DNA of 32,000 nucleotides from Dickeya dadantii NCPPB 898 (GTDB lineage Bacteria; Pseudomonadota; Gammaproteobacteria; Enterobacterales; Enterobacteriaceae): NCBI RefSeq assembly GCF_000406145.1, contig NZ_CM001976.1, positions 1,682,551 to 1,714,550 of the forward strand, read 5' to 3'. Shown piece by piece: positions 23,922 to 32,000 of this stretch (position 1 is its first letter; each line of letters starts with the position of its first letter). The notes under the pieces were generated by a model. It saw only the letters and a program-made list of their open reading frames with translations, ran no database searches and was not told where the DNA came from. The position numbers and the translations under genes were made by a program.

Positions 23922-24871
23922 AGTCTATTCCCGTTATCATTGATTGCGATCCCGGTATTGACGACGCGCTGGCATTGCTGAGCGCGTTCGTCGCCCCACA
24001 GCTGGCGATTCAGGGCATTACCGTGGTGAACGGTAATCAGCCGTTGCCCACCACGTTGCGCAATGCGTTGCAGGTCGTCGAACTGGGCCAACGTACCGAT
24101 ATTCCCGTCTTCGCCGGTTGCTGGCAACCGATGCTGCGCGAGCCGATCCACGGTCAGTTTCATGGCAAGAATGGGCTGGGCGACAGCGATTTTCCCGCGC
24201 CGCGTAAAGCGGCGGAGATGCAGCACGCGGTCAATTTTCTAATCGCACGCTGCCGGGAAGCGGCGCAGAGCGGCGAGCGCATCACGCTGTGTTCGCTGGG
24301 GCCGCTGACCAATCTGGCCAGTGCGTTTTGCATCGCACCCGATATTGTGGCCGGCATTGAGCGAATTGTGTCGATGGGCGGCGCCTGCCGGGAGTTGGGC
24401 AACCGCACCATGACGTCGGAATTCAACCTGCTGGCCGACCCGCACGCGGCGCACATCGTCTTCTCGCAGGATGTGCCGATGACGTTGTTGCCGCTGGACG
24501 CTACCCATCAGGTGATTCTGACGCCGGAGCGGGTGAGCGAATTGATAGCCCATGCCGGGCGGTTGCGCGGCCCGCTGAGTCAACTGATGGCGTTCTGGGA
24601 TCGCAACGACGTCAAACGTTACGGTTCCCGTGGCGGACCGTTGCATGATCCGCTGGTGATCGCCTGGGTGCTGCGCCCCGATCTGTTCCAGACGGAGCGT
24701 GCGCGGGTGCTGGTGGAGCATCAGAGCGAACTGTGTATGGGGCAGAGTGTGATGGATATCTACGGTAAATCCGGCCTGCCGGCGAATGTCGACGTGGTCA
24801 CCGGCGTTAACGTAGACGAGGTGATTCAGTTGTTCTGTCAGCTGTTTTCAGCCTATGGAACCGCGAAATGA
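23918..24871 (+). CDS. Inosine/uridine-preferring nucleoside hydrolase family protein 1, 317 aa
   Basis: GTG at 23918 overlaps the upstream stop (GTGA). The Ca-binding Asp cluster is [15 protein letters not shown]. Other landmarks are [14 protein letters not shown]...GNRT..SEFN..ADPHAA. Confidence 0.85.
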
Positions 24872-25836
24872 CACGTCAGCGAATCATTATTGACACCGAT
24901 CCCGGCGTAGACGACGCCATCGCGCTGTGGCTGGCGCTGGCCTCGCCGGAACTGGAGGTGTTGGGCATTACAGTGGTAGCCGGCAACGTGGCGCTGGAAA
25001 ATACGCTGGCGAACGCCCGGCGAATTGTGGCGCTGTCCGGCCGTGATGACGTGCCGGTGTTCGCCGGAGCGAAAAAACCGCTCATCGGCCCGCAGCGCTA
25101 TGGCAAGTACGCCCATATCGGCGCGTTCAGCGATGAGCTGGTGCCGACGACCGAGAGCCGGGTCGCGCAGGAGCACGCGGTGGATTTTATCGTCCGCACC
25201 GCGCGTCGGGCGGCCGAAGAGCAGAACCCGATAACCTTTTGCGCCATCGGGCCGATGACTAATCTGGCGCTGGCGTTGATTCAGCACCCGGATGTCGCGC
25301 GCGGCATCCGTCAGGTGGTGAGCATGAGCTGTGCTTTTACCGCGCTCGGCCACCGGACGCCGTGGGCCGAATTTAATATTTATGCCGATCCGCACGCCGC
25401 CAGCCGGGTCTTCGGCAGTGGCATTCCGCTGGTGATCATGCCGCTGGACATGACGTTTCAGGCGCTGATTACCCAACAGGAAATCGACGTGTTGCAGCGC
25501 GACGCGGGGCGGCCCGGTCAGGCCATCGCCCGTCTGCTGGATGCGTTTGACCGCGGCGACATGGCGCGTTTCGGGCGCGAAGGCGGCCCGGTGCACGACG
25601 CCACCACCATCGCCTGGCTATTGCAGCCGTCGCTGTTTGCCGGACGGGAGGCGCGGGTCGGGGTGACCGTCGCCGGTGAAACCGCCGGGCATACCTGGGC
25701 GGATTTTTATGGCAAGCTGTCGCAGGTGCCCAATGCGCTGGTGATGCTGTCGGTGGATGAACCCGGCTTTCTGTCGTTGCTGGTCCAGGTGCTTAGTCGC
25801 TATGGTCGGGCGAATGTCCCGGAGCGCCACGCTTAG
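24868..25836 (+). CDS. Nucleoside hydrolase family protein 2 (a divergent paralog), 322 aa
   Basis: It has an ATGA overlap with the upstream gene. Landmarks are IIIDTDPGVDDAIAL and AEFNIYADPHAA. Several usually conserved positions differ (SMSCA instead of MGGA, GH instead of GN). Confidence 0.85.
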   Translation: MTRQRIIIDTDPGVDDAIALWLALASPELEVLGITVVAGNVALENTLANARRIVALSGRDDVPVFAGAKKPLIGPQRYGKYAHIGAFSDELVPTTESRVAQEHAVDFIVRTARRAAEEQNPITFCAIGPMTNLALALIQHPDVARGIRQVVSMSCAFTALGHRTPWAEFNIYADPHAASRVFGSGIPLVIMPLDMTFQALITQQEIDVLQRDAGRPGQAIARLLDAFDRGDMARFGREGGPVHDATTIAWLLQPSLFAGREARVGVTVAGETAGHTWADFYGKLSQVPNALVMLSVDEPGFLSLLVQVLSRYGRANVPERHA

Positions 25837-25949
25837 AACCTATCTCAATAGGCGTCATTGGCGCAGTCAGTTTGGACACGGACAGCGCGGAGACAACATG
25901 CAGCGCATGTTGAACGGCATAACCCTTTGCTAATCAACAAGGACACGTC

Positions 25950-26924
25950 ATGGCCCGCTTTTTATTCAGTCGTTTTCTGCAAACCCTGATAACGCTGGCG
26001 GTCATGTCGGTGCTGGTTTTCGCCGGCGTTTATCTGGTCGGCAACCCGGTGGACTTGCTGTTGGGCAGCAACGCCACCCCGGCCGAGCGCGAGGCGGTGA
26101 TCCGCGCGTTCGGGCTGGATAAAACCCTGTGGCAACAGTACCTGCTGTTTCTTACCCACGCGCTGCAGGGCGATTTGGGCAACTCCTTCATTTTTAACCA
26201 ACCGGCGCTACACCTGATTTTGCAACGTATGCCCGCCACGCTGGAACTGGCGCTGGTGGCGTTTCTGTTGTCGCTGTTGATCGGCATTCCGCTGGGCGTG
26301 TTCGCCGGTCTGCGGCCGGACAGTCTGGCGGCGAAGTCGGTGATGACGGTATCGATTCTGGGCTTTAGCCTGCCGACCTTCTGGATCGGCATGATGATGA
26401 TCATGCTGTTCAGCGTGAAGCTGGGGTGGCTGCCGTCGTCGGGACGCGGCGATACCGTGACGGTGGCGGGCGTGCCGCTGAGTCTGCTGACGGCGGACGG
26501 CTGGCAGCACCTGTTGCTGCCGGCGCTCAATCTGGCGCTGTTCAAGATTTCGCTGATTATCCGCCTGACCCGTGCCGGCGTGCGGGAGTGCCTGCAACAG
26601 GACTACGTGCGTTTTGCCCGCGCCAAAGGGTTGTCGGAGCGCCGTATTCTGTTCGTGCACGTGCTGAAAAACACGCTGATCCCGCTGATTACGGTGATTG
26701 GCCTGGAACTGGGGGCGCTGATCGCCTTTGCGGTGGTGACCGAAACCATTTACGCCTGGCCGGGGATGGGCAAACTGATTATCGACTCCATCGCGGTGCT
26801 GGATCGCCCGGTGATTCTGGCCTACCTGATGATGACGGTGGTGATGTTCAGCCTGATCAATCTGCTGGTGGATGTGCTATACGCGGTGGTGGATCCGCGC
26901 ATTCGGTTGGGAGAAGGGCAATGA
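25950..26924 (+). CDS. DppB/OppB-type ABC permease, 324 aa
   Basis: AAGGA lies 6 nt before the ATG. The N-terminus MARFLFSRFLQTLITLAVMSVLVF and the FVRFARAKGLSERRIL motif are typical of the family. Confidence 0.9.
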   Translation: MARFLFSRFLQTLITLAVMSVLVFAGVYLVGNPVDLLLGSNATPAEREAVIRAFGLDKTLWQQYLLFLTHALQGDLGNSFIFNQPALHLILQRMPATLELALVAFLLSLLIGIPLGVFAGLRPDSLAAKSVMTVSILGFSLPTFWIGMMMIMLFSVKLGWLPSSGRGDTVTVAGVPLSLLTADGWQHLLLPALNLALFKISLIIRLTRAGVRECLQQDYVRFARAKGLSERRILFVHVLKNTLIPLITVIGLELGALIAFAVVTETIYAWPGMGKLIIDSIAVLDRPVILAYLMMTVVMFSLINLLVDVLYAVVDPRIRLGEGQ

Positions 26925-27841
26925 GCCTGTCGGGACGCTCGGTGCATACCCCGTCCGCCGCACCGGCGGCGCGTTCGGCGTGGGCGCGTACGCTGTCGAT
27001 GTTGTTGCATGACCGGCTGGCGCGGCTGGGGCTGTTTACGCTGGCGTTGATTGTCGGGCTGGCGCTGCTGGCACCCTGGATTGCGCCGCAGAATCCGTAT
27101 GACCTGACCCAACTGATGATCATGGATAACCGCCTGCCGCCGGGGTCAGCCGGCATGGGCGGGCTGACTTACTGGCTTGGCAGCGACGATCAGGGCCGTG
27201 ATTTGCTGAGCGCCATTCTCTACGGCACCCGCACCAGTCTGCTCGTCGGGGTCAGCAGCGCGCTGGCGGCGCTGGTCATCGGCATGACCGTCGGCATGTT
27301 GAGCGCCTGGCTGGGCGGCAGAACCGACGCGCTGCTGATGCGCATCGTCGATATCCAGCTCAGCTTTCCGCCGATTCTTATCGCCCTGATTCTGCTGGCG
27401 GTGCTGGGGCAGGGGGTGGACAAAATTATTCTGGCGCTGGTGATCACCCAGTGGGCGTATTACGCCCGTACCATTCGCGCCTCCGCCCTGCTGGAGAGCC
27501 GCCGCAACTATGTGGATGCGGCGCGCGGCATGGCGTTTTCCGCTCCGCGCATCCTGTTTCGCCATATGCTGCCCAACTGCCTGCCGCCGTTGATCGTGGT
27601 CGCCACCATGCGTATCGCTTACGCCATCATGCTGGAAGCGACGCTGTCGTTTCTCGGCATCGGCCTGCCGATAACCGAACCGTCGCTGGGGTTGCTGATC
27701 GCCAACGGCTTTGACTATCTGCTGTCCGGCGATTACTGGATCAGCCTGTTCCCCGGCGTGATGCTGCTGTTGCTGATTGTGGCGATCAACCTGATCGGCG
27801 ACGCCCTGCGTGATGCGCTGAATACCAGACAAGAGGAGTGA
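26921..27841 (+). CDS. DppC/OppC-type ABC permease, 306 aa
   Basis: It has an ATGA overlap with the upstream permease. Family-typical segments are APWIAPQNPYDL, GSDDQGRDLLS and YVDAARGMAFSAPRILFRHMLPN. Confidence 0.9.
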   Translation: MSLSGRSVHTPSAAPAARSAWARTLSMLLHDRLARLGLFTLALIVGLALLAPWIAPQNPYDLTQLMIMDNRLPPGSAGMGGLTYWLGSDDQGRDLLSAILYGTRTSLLVGVSSALAALVIGMTVGMLSAWLGGRTDALLMRIVDIQLSFPPILIALILLAVLGQGVDKIILALVITQWAYYARTIRASALLESRRNYVDAARGMAFSAPRILFRHMLPNCLPPLIVVATMRIAYAIMLEATLSFLGIGLPITEPSLGLLIANGFDYLLSGDYWISLFPGVMLLLLIVAINLIGDALRDALNTRQEE

Positions 27842-27844
27842 GGC

Positions 27845-29638
27845 GTGAATCAGCCGGTGCTGCGTGTTGAACAACTGAACACCGCTTTTCGGGTCAACGG
27901 TGAGTGGCTGAAGGTGGTGCAGGATCTGTCGTTTGAGATTGGCGAACGGGAAACCGTGGCGCTGGTGGGGGAGTCCGGCTCCGGCAAAAGCGTCACCGCG
28001 CTGTCCATCATGCGCCTGTTGGGCGGGCCGCAGGTGCAGACCCGCGGGCGGGTGCTGTTCGACGGCCGCGACCTGCTGGCGCTGCCCGCCCGTGAGATGC
28101 AGCACATCCGCGGCAACCGCATCGGCATGGTGTTTCAGGAGCCGATGACCAGCCTCAATCCGGTACTGAAGATCGGCACCCAGATTACCGAAGTGTTGCG
28201 TCGTCACCGCGGGATGGATCACGCCGGCGCCCGGGCGGAAGCGGCGCGGTTGCTGGAAAGGGTGCGCATTCCCGCCGCCCGCTCCCGGCTGGACGAGTAT
28301 CCGCTCAGCTTTTCCGGCGGCATGCGTCAGCGGGTGGTGATCGCCATCGCGCTGGCCTGTAATCCCCGGTTGTTGATTGTCGATGAGCCTACCACGGCGC
28401 TGGATGTGACTATTCAGGCGCAAATTCTGGCGCTGATTAAAACGCTTCAGGACGAGGAAGGCATGTCGATTTTGTTCATCACCCACGATATGGGGGTGGT
28501 GGCGGAAGTGGCCGACCGCACCATGGTGATGTACCACGGCGCCGGGGTAGAAATGGCGGACACCCGTCAGCTGTTTCGCGCGCCGCAACATCCGTACAGC
28601 AAAACGCTGTTTTCCGCGGTGCCGCGGCTGGGCGAAATGGCCGATACCCGTCTGCCGCGGCGGTTCGCGCTATTCGGGCAGTCAGCGGCGGCGAGCGAAC
28701 CGCTGGCGGACACGGTGACGCCGGGAGAACCGGTGTTGGCGGTGCGCGACCTGATCAAGCGTTTTGACGTGAAAAGCGGCTGGCTGCGGCGGGTGACCGG
28801 CCGGGTGCATGCGGTGGAAAACGTCTCTTTTAGTCTGCAACCGGGGGAAACTTTATCGCTGGTGGGGGAGTCCGGCTGCGGCAAGTCCACCACCGGGCGC
28901 GCCATTCTGCGGTTGCTGGAGCCGAACGGCGGCACGGTGTCGCTGTGCGGCGAGAACATGCTGACGGCCGGCTCGTCGGCGTTGGCCGGCTTGCGGAGGC
29001 GGGCGCAGATGATTTTTCAGGACCCGTACGATAGCCTCAACCCACGGCTGACCGTGGGCAGCGCGATTGCCGAACCGATGATCAGCCACGGTCTGGCGTC
29101 AGCACGACAGGCGCCGCAAAAAGTGGCGGAACTGCTGGAGAAAGTCGGATTGCAGGCCGACATGGCCGCGCGCTATCCGCACCAGTTTTCCGGCGGGCAG
29201 CGTCAGCGCTTATGCATCGCGCGGGCGCTGGCGCTCAACCCGCAGGTGATTATCGCCGACGAAGCGGTGTCCGCGCTGGACATGACCGTCAAGGCGCAAA
29301 TCGTCAACCTGCTGCTCGACTTGCAACAGCAACTGGGGCTGGCCTATCTGTTCATTTCTCACGACATGGCGGTAGTCGAGCGCATCAGTCATCGGGTGGC
29401 GGTGATGTATCAGGGCGAAATTGTGGAAATCGGCCCGCGTCAGGCGGTATTCAACGATCCGCAGCACCCGTATACCCGCCGCCTGCTGGCCGCCGTGCCG
29501 GTGCCCGACCCGGAAAAGCGCGTGCGCCGGTCGACGCAGGCCGATGAACTGCACAGCCCGCTGCGCCCGGCGGACTATCAGCCGCCGACGCGCCGTTATC
29601 AGCAGGTCGGCGACGGCCACCTGGTGCTATTATCCTGA
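27845..29638 (+). CDS. Fused double ABC ATPase (DppD-DppF/GsiA type), 597 aa
   Basis: GTG at 27845 has GAGGAG 6 nt upstream. There are two Walker A motifs (GESGSGKS, GESGCGKS) and two signatures (FSGGMRQR, FSGGQRQR). Confidence 0.9.
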   Translation: MNQPVLRVEQLNTAFRVNGEWLKVVQDLSFEIGERETVALVGESGSGKSVTALSIMRLLGGPQVQTRGRVLFDGRDLLALPAREMQHIRGNRIGMVFQEPMTSLNPVLKIGTQITEVLRRHRGMDHAGARAEAARLLERVRIPAARSRLDEYPLSFSGGMRQRVVIAIALACNPRLLIVDEPTTALDVTIQAQILALIKTLQDEEGMSILFITHDMGVVAEVADRTMVMYHGAGVEMADTRQLFRAPQHPYSKTLFSAVPRLGEMADTRLPRRFALFGQSAAASEPLADTVTPGEPVLAVRDLIKRFDVKSGWLRRVTGRVHAVENVSFSLQPGETLSLVGESGCGKSTTGRAILRLLEPNGGTVSLCGENMLTAGSSALAGLRRRAQMIFQDPYDSLNPRLTVGSAIAEPMISHGLASARQAPQKVAELLEKVGLQADMAARYPHQFSGGQRQRLCIARALALNPQVIIADEAVSALDMTVKAQIVNLLLDLQQQLGLAYLFISHDMAVVERISHRVAVMYQGEIVEIGPRQAVFNDPQHPYTRRLLAAVPVPDPEKRVRRSTQADELHSPLRPADYQPPTRRYQQVGDGHLVLLS

Positions 29639-29691
29639 GCGATGTGAGCGATGGCGCGGCGTATGGCGCCTGCCTATCCGCTGGGATGAAG

Positions 29692-29724
29692 AGTAGTAGT
29701 AATAGTAGTAATAATAGTAGTAGT
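29692..29724. repeat. Trinucleotide microsatellite (AGT/AAT) x11
   Basis: AGT AGT AGT AAT AGT AGT AAT AAT AGT AGT AGT, read directly. It ends 27 nt upstream of the esterase start codon. A 9-bp tandem duplication, TGAGCGATG x2, sits at 29636-29653. Confidence 0.9.
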
Positions 29725-29751
29725 GCAGCCGGCATAAAGAGGCCTGTCATC

Positions 29752-30690
29752 ATGAATCGCAGACGTTTTCTGACCGCCATGACCCTTTCCGCCGTCGCCC
29801 TGAAAACCGGGGGCGCGTTCAGTGTGCCGTTGCCGACGTCGCGTCCCCGCATCCCACTGTGGGATGGATTGCCACCGGGCGGCGGCGGACCGTCCGGCGC
29901 GCAGCGGTTGAGCGCCAGAGGCGCGCTCAGCCAGGTCGACGTCCCTTATCTTGAGGTGTTTTCGCCGGACAAACCCAATGGTCAGGCCATACTGGTGGCG
30001 GCCGGCGGCGGCTATCAGCGCATCGAAATGGGTAAAGAAGCCTGGCCGGCGGCGGCCTGGCTGGCGGCGCAGGGGTATACCGCCTATGTGCTGGCCTACC
30101 GCCTGCCCGGCGAGGGCTGGCATGACGGCAACCGGGTGGCGTTGCAGGATGCCCAGCGTGCGTTGCGCCTGATTCGCCGTCGCGAGCAACGGGTCGGCGT
30201 GCTGGGGTTTTCGGCGGGCGGGCATCTGTTGGGCATGGCGGCGCTCAGGCACGATGCTGCCTATACGCCGCAGGATGCGCTGGATACCCTGCCGATTCAG
30301 GTTGACCACGCCGCGTTGATCTATCCGGTGATTACGCTGGAAAACCCCTACCAGCATACCGCCACCCACCGGGTATTGGTGGGGCAGGATGCCACGCCGG
30401 CGGCGGAAGCCGAGTGGTCGGTACAATCGTACGTGTCGCGGCGTTCGCCGCCGTTTTTTCTGGTGCAGGCGGAGGATGACACAGTGTCTGACCCGCACAA
30501 CACCCTGATCATGGCGCAGGCCTGCCGGCGGGCGCAGGTGCCGGTGGCGATGCTGCGCTACCCGGTCGGCGGGCACGGTTTCGGGCTGGGTGAGCCGGGT
30601 ACGCCGGTCGCGGCCTGGCCGCAGACATACCTGAACTGGCTGCGCCGTCAGAACCCTGCCGTCGTGGCTGAAAAGGAGCATGTAACATGA
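29752..30690 (+). CDS. Tat-exported alpha/beta-hydrolase (carbohydrate esterase/lipase type), 312 aa
   Basis: ATG at 29752 opens the twin-arginine signal MNRRRFLTAMTLSAVALKTGGA. The nucleophile elbow is GFSAGGH, and later Asp/His candidates are AEDDTVSD and GGHGFG. Confidence 0.8.
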   Translation: MNRRRFLTAMTLSAVALKTGGAFSVPLPTSRPRIPLWDGLPPGGGGPSGAQRLSARGALSQVDVPYLEVFSPDKPNGQAILVAAGGGYQRIEMGKEAWPAAAWLAAQGYTAYVLAYRLPGEGWHDGNRVALQDAQRALRLIRRREQRVGVLGFSAGGHLLGMAALRHDAAYTPQDALDTLPIQVDHAALIYPVITLENPYQHTATHRVLVGQDATPAAEAEWSVQSYVSRRSPPFFLVQAEDDTVSDPHNTLIMAQACRRAQVPVAMLRYPVGGHGFGLGEPGTPVAAWPQTYLNWLRRQNPAVVAEKEHVT

Positions 30691-31733
30691 GAATGACGAT
30701 GCTGATGAGTGCAGTGCGATGGGGACTGGGCGCACTCGCCGCTGGCGTGATGACATCGGCGCAGGCCGGCGAATCGCGCTGTCTGGCGGCAACCGCACCG
30801 TCAAAATCCGCCCTGCTATCGGCCGCTTCCCGCCCGCCGTCGCCGCAACCGCAGGCGCTGCCGGTCATGCACATCGAAGGTACGTTGCCCCATCAGGGTA
30901 TTTATGACATTTCCTACGCGGCCCGGCGCGACTTTGGTTACATGCGCGATCTGGCGCTGGCGTGGCGCATGGCTGGAGACGCGGCCTCGCTGTCACGGCT
31001 GGCGGTCTATCTGGACGACTGGATCAAGACTTACCGTTTGAGTTTCAACCCTATTGATGAAACCAGCTTTGACGGGTTGATTGATGCCTATCGGATGACC
31101 CGAAACGACCTGCCGGAGGCCACGCGGGAGCGTACCCGCCGTTTTCTGAACGACCTGACCACCGGGTATCTGCAACGGATGCAGGCGCATCAACAGGATA
31201 AGCGCGGCACCTGGAACAATAACTGGCAGAGTCACCGTGTCAAGCTGGTGACGATGGGCGCGGCCGCGCTGGACGATCCCCGCCTGATGGCGGCGGCGCA
31301 AGAGGCTTTTGTACGCCAGTTGAACGCCAATGTCCGTGCCGATGGCGAAGTGCTGGATTTCAGCCAGCGCGATGCGCTGCATTATGTGGTGTATGACCTG
31401 GAGCCGCTGGTGCGCGCGGTGCTGGCCGCCCGCGCGCAGGGGCATGACTGGCTTGATCTGAAAAGTCGTGACGGACAAAGCCTGCGTACCGCGCTGGCGT
31501 GGCTTAAGCCTTATGCCGACGGTGTGAAGACCCACGAAGAGTTTGCCCGTACCACGGTGCGTTTTGATATCGAGCGTCGGCAGGCCGGGGTGGAGGGATT
31601 CGACGGATTATGGCCGCCCAAAACGGCGTCCGCCCTGTACTGGTCGGCCAGCCTGCTGGATGCCGGCTATCTGGAAACCGCCCGTAAGCTGAATGCCACG
31701 CCGCCCAGATGGCTGTGGGCGGCGTGCTGGTGA
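30687..31733 (+). CDS. Secreted alginate-lyase-family (PF05426-like, alpha/alpha toroid) polysaccharide lyase candidate, 348 aa
   Basis: It has an ATGA overlap with the esterase gene, and AAGGAG lies 8 nt upstream. The Sec signal is ...GALAAGVMTSAQA/GE. WNNNWQSHR recalls the NNHSYW-type motif of the family. The family call is from memory, with moderate certainty. Confidence 0.6.
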   Translation: MRMTMLMSAVRWGLGALAAGVMTSAQAGESRCLAATAPSKSALLSAASRPPSPQPQALPVMHIEGTLPHQGIYDISYAARRDFGYMRDLALAWRMAGDAASLSRLAVYLDDWIKTYRLSFNPIDETSFDGLIDAYRMTRNDLPEATRERTRRFLNDLTTGYLQRMQAHQQDKRGTWNNNWQSHRVKLVTMGAAALDDPRLMAAAQEAFVRQLNANVRADGEVLDFSQRDALHYVVYDLEPLVRAVLAARAQGHDWLDLKSRDGQSLRTALAWLKPYADGVKTHEEFARTTVRFDIERRQAGVEGFDGLWPPKTASALYWSASLLDAGYLETARKLNATPPRWLWAACW

Positions 31734-31766
31734 AGTGCCGGCGCTTCTGCGTGTTATCGGGGTGGG

Positions 31767-32000
31767 TTAGCCGGCCAGTAGCTGACCATAGCGGGCAAGA
31801 TCGACGTTACCGCCGCTGACGATAACGCCGACGCGTTTCCCCCGTAGTTCGTTCTGGCAGGCTTGAGCCGCAGCGAAGCCGAGGCAGCCGGTCGGCTCCA
31901 CCACCATTTTCATCCGCTCGGCGAAAAAACGCATCGCCGCGACCAGTTCATCATCACTGACGGTCAGAACGTCATCCACGTGAGCGCGAATCAGCGCGAA
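31767..32000 (-). CDS. 3' end of a PLP-dependent serine/threonine dehydratase (Trp-synthase beta fold); the 5' part lies outside the window
   Basis: The frame is open to base 32000. The C-terminal sequence VVEPTGCLGFAAAQ...GKRVGVIVSGGNVDL is typical of threonine dehydratase/serine racemase-like enzymes. Confidence 0.75.
   Translation of the reverse strand, partial: FALIRAHVDDVLTVSDDELVAAMRFFAERMKMVVEPTGCLGFAAAQACQNELRGKRVGVIVSGGNVDLARYGQLLAG

Noticed and set aside
1381-29724. Whether the short tandem arrays (1381, 17875, 20075, 29692) could be CRISPR-like
   Set aside because: The units are contiguous, with no spacers. They are 3-16 bp long, lack dyad symmetry, and no cas genes are present.
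29644-29751. N-terminal extension of the esterase ORF containing SSSNSSNNSSS
   Set aside because: It arises from a GTG inside a 9-bp duplication and reads through the microsatellite. The downstream ATG at 29752 opens a textbook twin-arginine signal and has an SD, so the extension is most likely non-coding.

Overview
This is a 32-kb stretch of GC-rich, enterobacterial-type chromosome. Gene content (cdh, plant-polysaccharide-type genes, an ERIC-like repeat) suggests a plant-associated Pectobacteriaceae (Dickeya-like) genome, but that is inference only. I call 29 protein-coding genes, two of them cut by the window edges. I see no rRNA, tRNA or CRISPR array, and no transposase or integrase. Gene order: (1) the 3' part of a YetA-like protein plus a DUF1961 protein; (2) a LysR regulator; (3) a DUF2076 protein; (4) a sulfur-scavenging-looking operon (IPNS-family 2OG/Fe(II) oxygenase plus a MetQ/MetN/MetI-type importer), preceded by a 485-nt structured leader with two short upstream ORFs; (5) an AT-rich accessory patch (about 7.86-12.3 kb) holding an orphan pair of solute-binding proteins bracketed by ~229-bp direct repeats, an in-frame metQ'-'metI deletion scar, an Asr-like secreted disordered protein, and an orphan divergent nitrilase-superfamily enzyme; (6) an Ats-like sulfate-ester locus (binding protein, tandem-fused permease, ATPase, cytoplasmic arylsulfotransferase-thioredoxin fusion, LysR); (7) cdh; (8) an OccR-like LysR with a family-5 (Dpp/Opp-type) ABC importer interleaved with a DHDPS/NanA-family enzyme and two nucleoside hydrolases; (9) a Tat-exported esterase translationally coupled to an alginate-lyase-family protein; (10) the 3' end of a PLP-dependent Ser/Thr dehydratase. 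Most worth a second look are the nitrilase-like orphan, the Cys-run uORF and attenuator-like leader, the ASST-Trx locus, the nucleoside-hydrolase/aldolase importer locus, the metQNI scar, and four separate short tandem-repeat arrays that sit exactly in intergenic spacers. All family assignments come from reading the translations and from memory of the families, not from database searches.
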